Positions 27,873-34,758 of a stretch of DNA of 57,546 nucleotides are shown piece by piece. The notes under the pieces are model-generated. The model had not been told where the DNA came from, did not search any database, and saw only the letters and a list, made by a program, of their open reading frames with translations. Origin of the DNA: Eubacteriales bacterium (lineage in GTDB: Bacteria; Bacillota; Clostridia; Oscillospirales; CAG-272); NCBI GenBank assembly GCA_045540515.1, contig JAZQHJ010000078.1:1-57546 (forward strand). The letters run 5' to 3'. A program made the translations under genes and the position numbers. The stretch's first letter is position 1. Every line of letters starts with the position of its first letter.

Positions 27873-28085
27873 TTAATCTCCTTTATTGCCTCTTTCATTA
27901 AGATGCTTCGTTGTTAATTTCAACTCATGCAAACGATTCACGTAATAGATTCTTTTATCTATCAAAACTTGTTTGTCATATGTGTTATTGCACTCTGCAA
28001 TATCCTTTTCAAGCTTATGTATAAACTCAGCGAGGCTTTTAACCTCTGCCAAGTATTCCTCTGACCACGCTATATAATCTATCAT
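27873..28085 (-). CDS. 70-aa hypothetical protein
   Basis: Tightly packed ORF, helical/charged. Confidence 0.45.
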   Translation of the reverse strand: MIDYIAWSEEYLAEVKSLAEFIHKLEKDIAECNNTYDKQVLIDKRIYYVNRLHELKLTTKHLNERGNKGD

Positions 28086-28264
28086 TGCTTTTCACCATAC
28101 CCGCACTTGAGCCCTATTCCGTGTTTTTTCGAATACTTACAACCTCTGCAACAAAACACGCACATATGCGTACCAAGCTTTGCATTGACGGCAGGATTAG
28201 GACATTTTTGAATTGAGCATTTTTCGTAACTGTGTTTACATTTTCCACATTGGTATTTTTCCAT
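28082..28264 (-). CDS. 60-aa Cys-rich protein
   Basis: 10 Cys in 60 aa (CGKCKH...CSIQKC...CVFCCRGC...C). Confidence 0.45.
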   Translation of the reverse strand: MEKYQCGKCKHSYEKCSIQKCPNPAVNAKLGTHMCVFCCRGCKYSKKHGIGLKCGYGEKQ

Positions 28265-28273
28265 AATTGGCTC

Positions 28274-28789
28274 CTAATCATTAAACAAAGATTTACTTTT
28301 AAAATCTTCAGAAGAAAAAGATGAGTTCCTCGCGCGCGCACGCGCGTTAATATTCTTATCTTTCTTATTATTCTTTATATTCTTATTAAGTGTTCGGTCG
28401 TTGTTCGGTCGTTGTTCACTCGTTGTTCGGTCGTTGTTCGGTTTGTTGTTCACTTTTTGAAATTTACCCCAATTTATTAAGGTAATAAGCCTTCCGTTAG
28501 GTGTTTTTTGTTGTTCAATTTGTTGTTCGTTTTCGAGGTCATTTAAAATTCTTTCTACCTTAGATTCGCTAAAACCGTTGTTCAGCCTATTACAAAGGTC
28601 TTTTCTTCCAGTGATTAACTGACCCGGTTGAAGTTCTATTTTTTTACCATTGAAAATTGCAAGGTTCGGTGAGTTGTTAGCCAACAAGAGCAACAAACAC
28701 CACACAGCGAAATGCGCAGCACTTTTCATTACTACTGGATTATCTAAAGTGCTTCTATGTAGTTTTATCCATCCTTTGTTATTTCTCAT
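28274..28789 (-). CDS. Replication organiser-like winged-helix protein carrying iterons in its own gene
   Basis: N-terminal GWIKLHRSTLDNPV...QPGQLITGRKDL pattern, typical of phage replication-initiator N-domains. The C-terminal PNNDRT repeats are encoded by the 11-nt DNA repeats. Confidence 0.55.
   Translation of the reverse strand: MRNNKGWIKLHRSTLDNPVVMKSAAHFAVWCLLLLLANNSPNLAIFNGKKIELQPGQLITGRKDLCNRLNNGFSESKVERILNDLENEQQIEQQKTPNGRLITLINWGKFQKVNNKPNNDRTTSEQRPNNDRTLNKNIKNNKKDKNINARARARNSSFSSEDFKSKSLFND
28331..28346. repeat. Alternating CG tract CGCGCGCGCACGCGCG
   Basis: A 16-nt near-perfect (CG)n tract in otherwise AT-rich DNA, 44 nt from the iterons; it encodes ARARAR. Confidence 0.8.
28390..28530. 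repeat. Iteron array (candidate phage origin)
   Basis: Five and a half tandem 11-nt units TTGTTCGGTCG / TTGTTCACTCG (28390-28453), an AT-rich spacer, then TTGTTGTTCAATTTGTTGTTCG (28509-28530). Confidence 0.6.
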
Positions 28790-29250
28790 TCACTCACCGC
28801 CTTTAAAAGTTTAATAATACCTCGCCCAGTCTGATGCTTTGCACAAAAGTAGAACTTAGTGTTGTAGGTTGTTTCAAGTACAGATAATATCTTGTACAAG
28901 CGTTCGCCTGATACCGCTAATGGAGAGTTTTTGAGCCTTGGATTTACCCAATTTCTCACATCCTCTAAACAGCGTATATCAGGACCATGCTCAACTAAAA
29001 ACACGAGTTTGATACCTAGCTTATTAGCGCGCTCAAGTTCTGCTACGAAGCGCTCGTGGTCCTGACAAACATTATTACAAACCTCAAGTAAGTTTTGTTT
29101 TCTGTCTACTACCAAACGAGCATTATCAAGACTCATATAATCACCACAAGGTAAACCAAAGCTAAAGTGCTTAATACCTTGTTCATCAAACTCTTTAATA
29201 ATTTTCTTAATCGCTCTTTGCTTTTCTCGGGTATCAACCTGTATAGTCAT
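28786..29250 (-). CDS. ERCC4/Mus81-type nuclease-like protein
   Basis: VDTREK ... GDY ... VVDRKQNLLEV pattern resembling the ERCC4 GDxn(E/D)RK signature. Confidence 0.55.
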   Translation of the reverse strand: MTIQVDTREKQRAIKKIIKEFDEQGIKHFSFGLPCGDYMSLDNARLVVDRKQNLLEVCNNVCQDHERFVAELERANKLGIKLVFLVEHGPDIRCLEDVRNWVNPRLKNSPLAVSGERLYKILSVLETTYNTKFYFCAKHQTGRGIIKLLKAVSE

Positions 29251-29260
29251 TTGCTACCTC

Positions 29261-29722
29261 TTAAAACGGCAAATCATCATCATTTGATGTCGGAGGCTCA
29301 TCGGTCATACTATTGAGTTCATCCAATTTTGATGCCGTATTGTTATCTTGTGGTATTGTCGTATGCTGATTCTCATTTTGAGCAGCTACGTCAGAGGTTT
29401 GAGTTTTTTTGCCCGAAGGAAACTCTACTTTATCTGCTACTATTTCAAATACATATCTATCTTCGCCGCCGTCGGTCTTATATGTACGAGTTTGAATTCT
29501 ACCAACGAGAGCGATGCCATCACCTTTTTTAAAATATTGACAGATAAAAGCTGCTGTTTTTCTCCAAGCTACAATATTGATAAAATCAGCTTGCCTCTCT
29601 TCTCCCGGCTTAACATAATCTTTATTTACTGCTATCCTAAAATTAACAACTTCTACTCCTGTATCGGTTGTCTTCAATTCAGGGTTAGCAACTAATCTAC
29701 CTTCTAAAACTACATTATTCAA
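29261..29722 (-). CDS. ssb: Single-stranded DNA-binding protein
   Basis: OB-fold N-domain (NNVVLEGRLVANPELK...FINIVAWRKTAAF), a disordered tail, and the canonical acidic C-terminus DDDLPF. Confidence 0.9.
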   Translation of the reverse strand: MNNVVLEGRLVANPELKTTDTGVEVVNFRIAVNKDYVKPGEERQADFINIVAWRKTAAFICQYFKKGDGIALVGRIQTRTYKTDGGEDRYVFEIVADKVEFPSGKKTQTSDVAAQNENQHTTIPQDNNTASKLDELNSMTDEPPTSNDDDLPF

Positions 29723-30485
29723 AATCTAACACTCCTAACATTCTTGGTTCTTTTAATATCTTGGTTTTTTTGCAGTAGTCACAATGACCACAACGCTCTG
29801 GTTCAATCAATCCACGCTTGATTGCATCATATAACTGTACGCTTTCTTTAAAGCGTGAGAGTTCAATATCCAAATACTCTTGTGGAACCTGGATAATATC
29901 TATGTCTGTTTCGTTTTCTTTGGTAGCAGCGGCAAGATAAAAAGGAAGCTGTTTACCTGTATTTTGTCTTACTATCTCTTGATATACAGCACCCTGTAAG
30001 TCATACTGCCAATACTCTACCCAGTTAAGACGCCCTTTTTCCTCTTCATATTTAGGCTTGAAGTCCGCCATGATTTTTAAGTCGACAATCTTATCAGGAT
30101 GTAAGCTATCAACCTTGATTTTCACAGGCACGCCCTCAATATTACCGGTCATTATTACCTGTTTTTCTCCGCTTATGTACTCCATAAAAAGATTATCAGA
30201 CTTAATGCGTTCTATAACACTTGTGGCTTTGAGGTACTCACTTTTAAGCGTTCCGTCTTTTTTAAAGAGCTCTGGGTGGTTAATCACAAAATCATCAATA
30301 GCACCCTCGAAATAAGCATCCACGTAAGAGCCAACTAACAAAGCTGTAGTTGGCGTCTTAACATAGTCGCCTGTGACTTCTGCTAACGCAGATGCCTGAC
30401 ATTTCTCAAATGCTTTGAACTGAGAAACCCCCATATACTTCATCTGGTTTTCAAGACTAAAATAGTTATTGCTATTCAGCTCCAT
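29715..30485 (-). CDS. PD-(D/E)XK exonuclease (DUF3799/RecE-like)
   Basis: MGVSQFKAFEKCQASALAE at the N-terminus, D..VDLK core, QGAVYQ, and a C-terminal CGHCDYC cluster. Confidence 0.7.
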   Translation of the reverse strand: MELNSNNYFSLENQMKYMGVSQFKAFEKCQASALAEVTGDYVKTPTTALLVGSYVDAYFEGAIDDFVINHPELFKKDGTLKSEYLKATSVIERIKSDNLFMEYISGEKQVIMTGNIEGVPVKIKVDSLHPDKIVDLKIMADFKPKYEEEKGRLNWVEYWQYDLQGAVYQEIVRQNTGKQLPFYLAAATKENETDIDIIQVPQEYLDIELSRFKESVQLYDAIKRGLIEPERCGHCDYCKKTKILKEPRMLGVLDFE

Positions 30486-30981
30486 TTTTCTTCTCCTTAT
30501 TTGCTTCAGATATCTTCATAGCACATTCATAACAAACCGCCTTACCACAATTAGCTTTGGTATACTCAGCAAACTGTTGTGATGTCATACCGCTACGAGG
30601 CTGTATATCCTTTCCGCAGTCTTCACACTTGGCACAAATTTCTTTAGCCTTAACTAATTTCTCTCTGATTTTTAACCCGCCTGTGGTTTCACCTGCAAAT
30701 TTAACTTTAGGGTCTCCATAGATTTGAATTTTATATCCAACCCATTGTTCAATATCCCAGGTACCAGTTATACGAGTTAACACTTTACAGTGACTGCTAT
30801 TAAGAATCATAGGTTTAATATTTTCTTCAAAATGACAAACTCTACACATTTTTTTTGTACCGCCCACGCCAACAACTTTTTCTTTTACGATACTTTTTAT
30901 TGTAGCAACAATTTCTTTTCCGTCAGCAACACTATAAAAGCCTATATACGGTAGGTCTTCAAACTCTTTCCAGTGTGTCAT
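30472..30981 (-). CDS. 169-aa hypothetical protein with a C-terminal zinc ribbon (start moved to MTHWKEF)
   Basis: ATG 30981 has a GGGGA RBS and abuts the upstream stop. Contains CAKCEDCG ... CYEC. Confidence 0.5.
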   Translation of the reverse strand: MTHWKEFEDLPYIGFYSVADGKEIVATIKSIVKEKVVGVGGTKKMCRVCHFEENIKPMILNSSHCKVLTRITGTWDIEQWVGYKIQIYGDPKVKFAGETTGGLKIREKLVKAKEICAKCEDCGKDIQPRSGMTSQQFAEYTKANCGKAVCYECAMKISEANKEKKNGAE

Positions 30982-30982
30982 A

Positions 30983-31213
30983 TTACTTTCCCCTTTCAAT
31001 TTGCATACCAAGCATCTCGGCTATCTCTTCGCCATTCATATCTGTCAAACAGTCGGCGTGATAGTATTTGCCGTGATAATAGCTCAGATATTCATCGTCT
31101 TTTGTGATATCAAGTCCACAATGTTCACATTTTGCGATTGTTTGAACTACTCGATATGGACACAAATTACTACAATATGAGCTACCACCATTACATCCTA
31201 AACATCTGGACAT
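30983..31213 (-). CDS. 76-aa zinc-ribbon protein
   Basis: CLGCNGGSSYCSNLC ... CEHCG ... HADC. Confidence 0.5.
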   Translation of the reverse strand: MSRCLGCNGGSSYCSNLCPYRVVQTIAKCEHCGLDITKDDEYLSYYHGKYYHADCLTDMNGEEIAEMLGMQIERGK

Positions 31214-31215
31214 GA

Positions 31216-31278
31216 TTACACCTCAAAAAATTTCTTGAATGTATCAGCGTTATACTGACCTTTTGTTAATGCTTTCAT
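31216..31278 (-). CDS. Possible 20-aa micro-ORF (MKALTKGQYNADTFKKFFEV)
   Basis: AAGGAG lies 8 nt upstream of the ATG, and the stop is 2 nt before the next gene's ATG. No other support. Confidence 0.2.
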   Translation of the reverse strand: MKALTKGQYNADTFKKFFEV

Positions 31279-31348
31279 TTATTTACTCCTTGATTTTAAA
31301 TTTCAATATGCTATAATATAGATAAGATATTTTTACATCTTGCCGATG

Positions 31349-31552
31349 TTAGCTTTGCAGAGCTGCATCGGCTTTTTTCTTTGCTCTTTCATTTTCTTTG
31401 TCAAATTGTTCCTTTGTCTTAAAGAACGGACACTTAGTCTGATACTCTCGTGTATCTGTCAAACAGGTACACTCTTTTTTTGAGTTTTCGTTAGCAAAAC
31501 ACGCCACTCTGTTGCATTTAACTTTGTGATACGGATAACTTGTCCTACTCAT
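31349..31552 (-). CDS. 67-aa Cys-containing hypothetical protein
   Basis: ORF overlapping the upstream gene by 4 nt; 5 Cys. Confidence 0.45.
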   Translation of the reverse strand: MSRTSYPYHKVKCNRVACFANENSKKECTCLTDTREYQTKCPFFKTKEQFDKENERAKKKADAALQS

Positions 31553-31743
31553 TTTCTGTGCTTCCCCCTTTCATCTACAAATAAATAAATTGCATCCAAG
31601 ATAATTGAAAAACCAATAGCCATTGCTAATATAGATATAAATATCTGTATTAGCCTGTCGGCATTTAAATTGACAATTAAGCACAACAACCCGAATATTG
31701 TTACGATTACACCTATAATCAAATACAAGACTTTTTTGAACAT
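31549..31743 (-). CDS. 64-aa two-TM membrane protein
   Basis: Two long hydrophobic segments; tightly packed in the operon. Confidence 0.5.
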   Translation of the reverse strand: MFKKVLYLIIGVIVTIFGLLCLIVNLNADRLIQIFISILAMAIGFSIILDAIYLFVDERGKHRK

Positions 31744-31747
31744 TTAA

Positions 31748-32245
31748 TCACCCCTTTGTCTCAATTAGCCAATATGTAGGCTCTGCGTTATAACTTTGCT
31801 CTTCGACAACTATTCGACTATCAGCAACCGTCTCTGACATCTGAGCCGAGCCAAACAGCACACCGGCACTAAACACAAGCACGGCAAGGAAAACAGCTAT
31901 CACAAGATAGATAAGTCCAAAATATTTATTTAAAAAACCTTTGATGCCTTTTTTAGTCTTTTCTTTAGCAACCGTAACCATCGTCTTTTTGGGTTCTATG
32001 TAATCAGCCATGTCAGACGGAAGAAACAGGCTATTCCAGTTGCATATTTTGTTTTCGCAATGATGTCTTAATATGCAGTTGTCACAACTGCTGTGAGTTG
32101 CTCTATAAGCTTTGCAGTGGTTTGATAAGCTTCTAACATAGGCGTGAACTCCTGTGCTACTACCAACTCTTTTTAAACAATGTCCGCAGACCTATATACC
32201 CTCTGGTATTTCTGTTCCGCAGCTTGTACATTTGTTTGTGTTCAT
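31748..32245 (-). pseudogene. Zinc-ribbon / single-TM protein gene interrupted by one in-frame TAG (codon 18); the distal 87-aa part (31748-32011) remains an ORF
   Basis: ATG 32245 overlaps the upstream stop (ATGA). My translation is MNTNKCTSCGTEIPEGI*VCGHCLKRVG...SD-MADYIEPKK in a single frame, with the TAG at 32192-32194 (plus strand cta). Confidence 0.5.
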
Positions 32246-32490
32246 GCTATAAAATTCCTTTCTGTAAGTAATTGATTAACAGTAACATTCAAACGCTTAG
32301 CAAGTAGCTCTAACTCACCAAGCTTGAAGGTCTCCGGCTTAGCTCTACGACTACAATATGTAGCTTGTGACATTCTCAAAATAATTCTTTGTTCTTCAAG
32401 ACTTACGCCATACAAATTACAAAGAGACTCGATGTTATCAACAAGTATTCTGTATATTTGATTATCTGGTGGCTTTATTATTCTTGGCAT
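32242..32490 (-). CDS. 82-aa HTH protein, first gene of the leftward early operon
   Basis: AAGGAG RBS; an XRE-like helix-turn-helix segment (LRMSQATYCSRRAKPETFKLGELELLAKRLNVTVNQLL). Confidence 0.6.
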   Translation of the reverse strand: MPRIIKPPDNQIYRILVDNIESLCNLYGVSLEEQRIILRMSQATYCSRRAKPETFKLGELELLAKRLNVTVNQLLTERNFIA

Positions 32491-32755
32491 TATATACTCT
32501 CCTTATATAGATTTGTTTATCTCTTGCAGCATCACAGCAGCCGACAGACAACTGCTGGTATTTTTAGTGGTTTTGGTTTCGCGACTACTAAAGTTTTCTT
32601 ACGGTTCGTCTGACAACAACCGTGAAAATTGTGTGCTTATCTTTAGGACGGTTTTTTAATGCTTAAGTTTTTGCTGTCTGTTCCTTTCGGAAACTTACTG
32701 CCCCCAGTAAACTCGGCTACTCTGATACTGCAAGAAACGGTATGTATTAATAATC

Positions 32756-32784
32756 TTGAAACTTTTACCAATATCACCTATAAT
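32756..32784 (+). promoter_or_regulatory. SigA-type promoter followed by a 13-bp imperfect inverted repeat
   Basis: TTGAAA (32756-32761), 17 nt, TATAAT (32779-32784), then TGAGTTgTCGGTA ... TACCGAtaAACTCA (32785-32818). Confidence 0.6.
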
Positions 32785-32838
32785 TGAGTTGTCGGTATTT
32801 GCGGTACCGATAAACTCAAATGAATGGAGGTGTTATTA

Positions 32839-33006
32839 TTGGTTAAACCAGAAAAGATTGCGTTTGAAGCAACAAAAGAAATCGTTATTGCTAAGATGAC
32901 AAGTTCATCTATCTCACCATCGGCAGATGGTGGTGAAAAAGTTGGGGATTTTTTCAAAGAAATTTATGATAAAATCCTCGAGATCACCATGGAATTAGAA
33001 AACTAA
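32839..33006 (+). CDS. 55-aa hypothetical protein on the plus strand within the early region
   Basis: GGAGG at 32826-32830 lies 8 nt before TTG 32839; the track's ATG 32824 sits inside that RBS. Own promoter and terminator. Confidence 0.5.
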   Translation: MVKPEKIAFEATKEIVIAKMTSSSISPSADGGEKVGDFFKEIYDKILEITMELEN

Positions 33007-33024
33007 ATCTTATTATCCATAAAG

Positions 33025-33058
33025 GCCTTTGCAATCAGCAACATTGCAAGGGCTTTTG
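33025..33058. terminator. Terminator between convergent genes
   Basis: GCCTTTGCAAT-cagcaac-ATTGCAAGGGC followed by TTTT. Confidence 0.65.
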
Positions 33059-33089
33059 TATTCTCAGCTATATACTGACTATCTTTAAC

Positions 33090-33272
33090 TCAATTTTTGG
33101 TTAATGGGTTTTCTATAGATACTTCACCTGTATCTATACGTTGCTCATCACGAGCAAGCAATTTACCATCTGTCGTCCAATACTCGACAATTTTCATTTG
33201 GCGACCTGTTAATGGGTCACACTCACGTAATCTAATTGTTTCTATAACAGTAATCAATTTTGCACTTAGCAT
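33090..33272 (-). CDS. 60-aa hypothetical protein
   Basis: Strong AAGGAG RBS 8 nt upstream of the ATG. Confidence 0.55.
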   Translation of the reverse strand: MLSAKLITVIETIRLRECDPLTGRQMKIVEYWTTDGKLLARDEQRIDTGEVSIENPLTKN

Positions 33273-33315
33273 AATTTCAACTCCTTAGTTAAAAATTGGG
33301 TTTTACTAAAAATAA

Positions 33316-33344
33316 TTGACTTAATACAAGAAAACTTGTAAAAT
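33316..33344 (+). promoter_or_regulatory. SigA-type promoter of the non-coding unit
   Basis: TTGACT (33316-33321), 17 nt, TAAAAT (33339-33344) preceded by TG. Confidence 0.55.
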
Positions 33345-33350
33345 AATATT

Positions 33351-33700
33351 GTGCCTATGTGGCAATGAAAGGAGCTGGTCGCATTGACCAAACTTTTGAA
33401 TTTGCCTGCTCTCTTATTTTAGGTCGCCATCGTGCTCGCATCACGTTTAATCTGCAGAGGCAACCCACTGATACGGCGAGGGCTTGCGGTTACCTACAAG
33501 CTCCAGAAATGGAAACCCACCGTATTTAGTGTTCCTAAAAGTTGTCAGCGATTAGGCTCTCGCAGAACTAAAACTGCAAAAGTGACAACATTTCTAATAG
33601 AAACATATTGTGCGATGATATGTGGCGAAAGCCTGCAAGAAATATAGGGTAAAAAAATTTAGGCAAATTCTGAAAGAAATCGCACTTCTTTCAGTTTTTT
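33351..33700 (+). ncRNA. Candidate ~350-nt structured non-coding RNA of unknown class
   Basis: Bounded by a promoter and an intrinsic terminator. By my count it is about 51% G+C over 33421-33540, versus roughly 37% for the surrounding phage DNA. Multiple helices, including GTTGTCA/TGACAAC (33541-47/33583-89), GCTTG/CAAGC (33482-86/33497-501) and a GGC-GAAA-GCC tetraloop hairpin (33624-33633). The only ORF is a GTG-initiated, RBS-less 71-aa frame. Confidence 0.5.
33670..33700 (+). terminator. Intrinsic terminator of the non-coding unit
   Basis: CTGAAAGAA-atcgcac-TTCTTTCAG followed by T6. Confidence 0.75.
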
Positions 33701-33712
33701 GTTGGCTAACTT

Positions 33713-33727
33713 GTTGCGTTTCGCAAC
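33713..33727. promoter_or_regulatory. Operator-like palindrome GTTGCGTTTCGCAAC (distal copy)
   Basis: A 15-bp GTTGC-N5-GCAAC palindrome abutting the stop of the cro-like gene; near-identical to 33952-33966. Confidence 0.55.
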
Positions 33728-33934
33728 TTATTTGGCATAAAAAAAGCTTCTATATTCATCATCAGAAATAGAAAGTATATTTTGAAGTTGGTCAGCTTCA
33801 CCCAATGTCATAGGGGATTTACCTAAGATTTTCTGCCCAAGTATGTATGCGGATATTCCCATTTCGTTAGCGATTTTACCAATTGTTAAACCTTTTTCAA
33901 CTATACGTGCTTTAATCTTATTTGTATTTGGCAT
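33728..33934 (-). CDS. Cro-like XRE-family HTH regulator (68 aa)
   Basis: MPNTNKIKARIVEKGLTIGKIANEMGISAYILGQKILGKSPMTLGEADQL; GAGGTG RBS 7 nt upstream of ATG 33934; divergent from the repressor. Confidence 0.7.
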   Translation of the reverse strand: MPNTNKIKARIVEKGLTIGKIANEMGISAYILGQKILGKSPMTLGEADQLQNILSISDDEYRSFFYAK

Positions 33935-33951
33935 ATTATTCACCTCTTTTC

Positions 33952-33966
33952 GTTGCGTTTTGCAAC
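33952..33966. promoter_or_regulatory. Operator-like palindrome GTTGCGTTTTGCAAC in the divergent control region
   Basis: Perfect GTTGC-N5-GCAAC between the cro-like and repressor genes. Further half-sites at TTGCAAC 34006-34012 and the tandem TTGTTGCAT x2 at 34037-34054. Confidence 0.6.
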
Positions 33967-34036
33967 TAAATAATAACATCTCTCTTTTAAGGTGTCAATA
34001 GCATTTTGCAACTTTTTTTATTTTTTTTACAAATAT

Positions 34037-34054
34037 TGTTGCATTTGTTGCATT
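34037..34054. repeat. Tandem 9-nt direct repeat TTGTTGCAT x2 (operator half-sites)
   Basis: Directly visible; each unit contains the GTTGC half-site. Lies 30 nt upstream of the repressor ATG. Confidence 0.6.
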
Positions 34055-34083
34055 ATTATGTTATTCTTTATTGGGTGATATTT

Positions 34084-34749
34084 ATGAGTATTAGAAGTAA
34101 TTTAATAGGAATTCGTCTCAAGTATTGTAGAGAATACAACAACAAAACACTTGAAGATATCGGCAAAATGTTTGGCGTTCATAAATCTACAGTTTCGCGT
34201 TGGGAAAAAGGAGAAACAGATAGAATCAACTTAATGGTTATAGCTGCATTAGCAAACTATTACGGTGTCTCTGAAGCATGGTTATCTGGTAAAGATGTAC
34301 CTATGGATAGAAACAATACTTCTGACATTGATTTATCTGAAGTTGATAACGTTGTACCTTTCCCTAATATGAAAAAGGTACCGCTACTTGGTTCTATCGC
34401 CTGTGGTGAACCTATCACTGCTGAAGAAAACATTGAGACGTATTTGAATATGCCAGAAAACACCAAAGGCACTTTTGCTCTTCGATGCAAGGGCGACAGT
34501 ATGATAACCGCACGTATCTTTGACGGAGATATAGTTTTCATCAGAGAACAACCTGATGTAGAGAACGGAGAGATTGCAGCGGTTCTGATTGATAACGAGG
34601 CCACTCTCAAGCGTGTATATAAATACGACAACAGAATTGAACTACGCGCCGAGAATCCAACATTTCAACCATTGAGCTATGAGGGCGAAAAACTTGCAGA
34701 TATCCGTATCCTCGGTAAAGCTGTCGGATTTTTGAGTACGATTATTTGA
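34084..34749 (+). CDS. CI/LexA-type repressor (N-terminal XRE HTH plus C-terminal S24 peptidase domain)
   Basis: The HTH is LEDIGKMFGVHKSTVSRWEKGE. The S24 Ser/Lys dyad context is RCKGDSM ... EATLKRV. Start taken at ATG 34084, not the TTG at 34006. Confidence 0.85.
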   Translation: MSIRSNLIGIRLKYCREYNNKTLEDIGKMFGVHKSTVSRWEKGETDRINLMVIAALANYYGVSEAWLSGKDVPMDRNNTSDIDLSEVDNVVPFPNMKKVPLLGSIACGEPITAEENIETYLNMPENTKGTFALRCKGDSMITARIFDGDIVFIREQPDVENGEIAAVLIDNEATLKRVYKYDNRIELRAENPTFQPLSYEGEKLADIRILGKAVGFLSTII

Positions 34750-34758
34750 GGTAATGTT

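Noticed and set aside
28114-28341. 75-aa ORF overlapping the 60-aa Cys-rich gene and the replication-organiser gene
   Set aside because: It lies in an alternative frame that largely overlaps two better-supported, RBS-linked genes. It has no RBS of its own.
28390-28453. Short tandem repeats considered as a CRISPR array
   Set aside because: The units are 11 nt, contiguous and without spacers, and lie inside a coding region. They fit replication iterons, not CRISPR repeats.
33432-33647. 71-aa ORF inside the candidate ncRNA
   Set aside because: It has a GTG start with no Shine-Dalgarno sequence. The Arg/Lys/Cys-rich product is typical of an accidental frame in GC-rich structured RNA. It is kept only as the alternative explanation in the ncRNA finding.
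34006-34083. Extended N-termini proposed by the ORF track for the repressor (TTG 34006), integrase (35205), iorB (54908), capsid (17836) and cro-like gene (33979)
   Set aside because: In each case a downstream ATG has a proper Shine-Dalgarno at 6-10 nt and gives the family-typical N-terminus. The extensions run through promoters, operators or the preceding gene.
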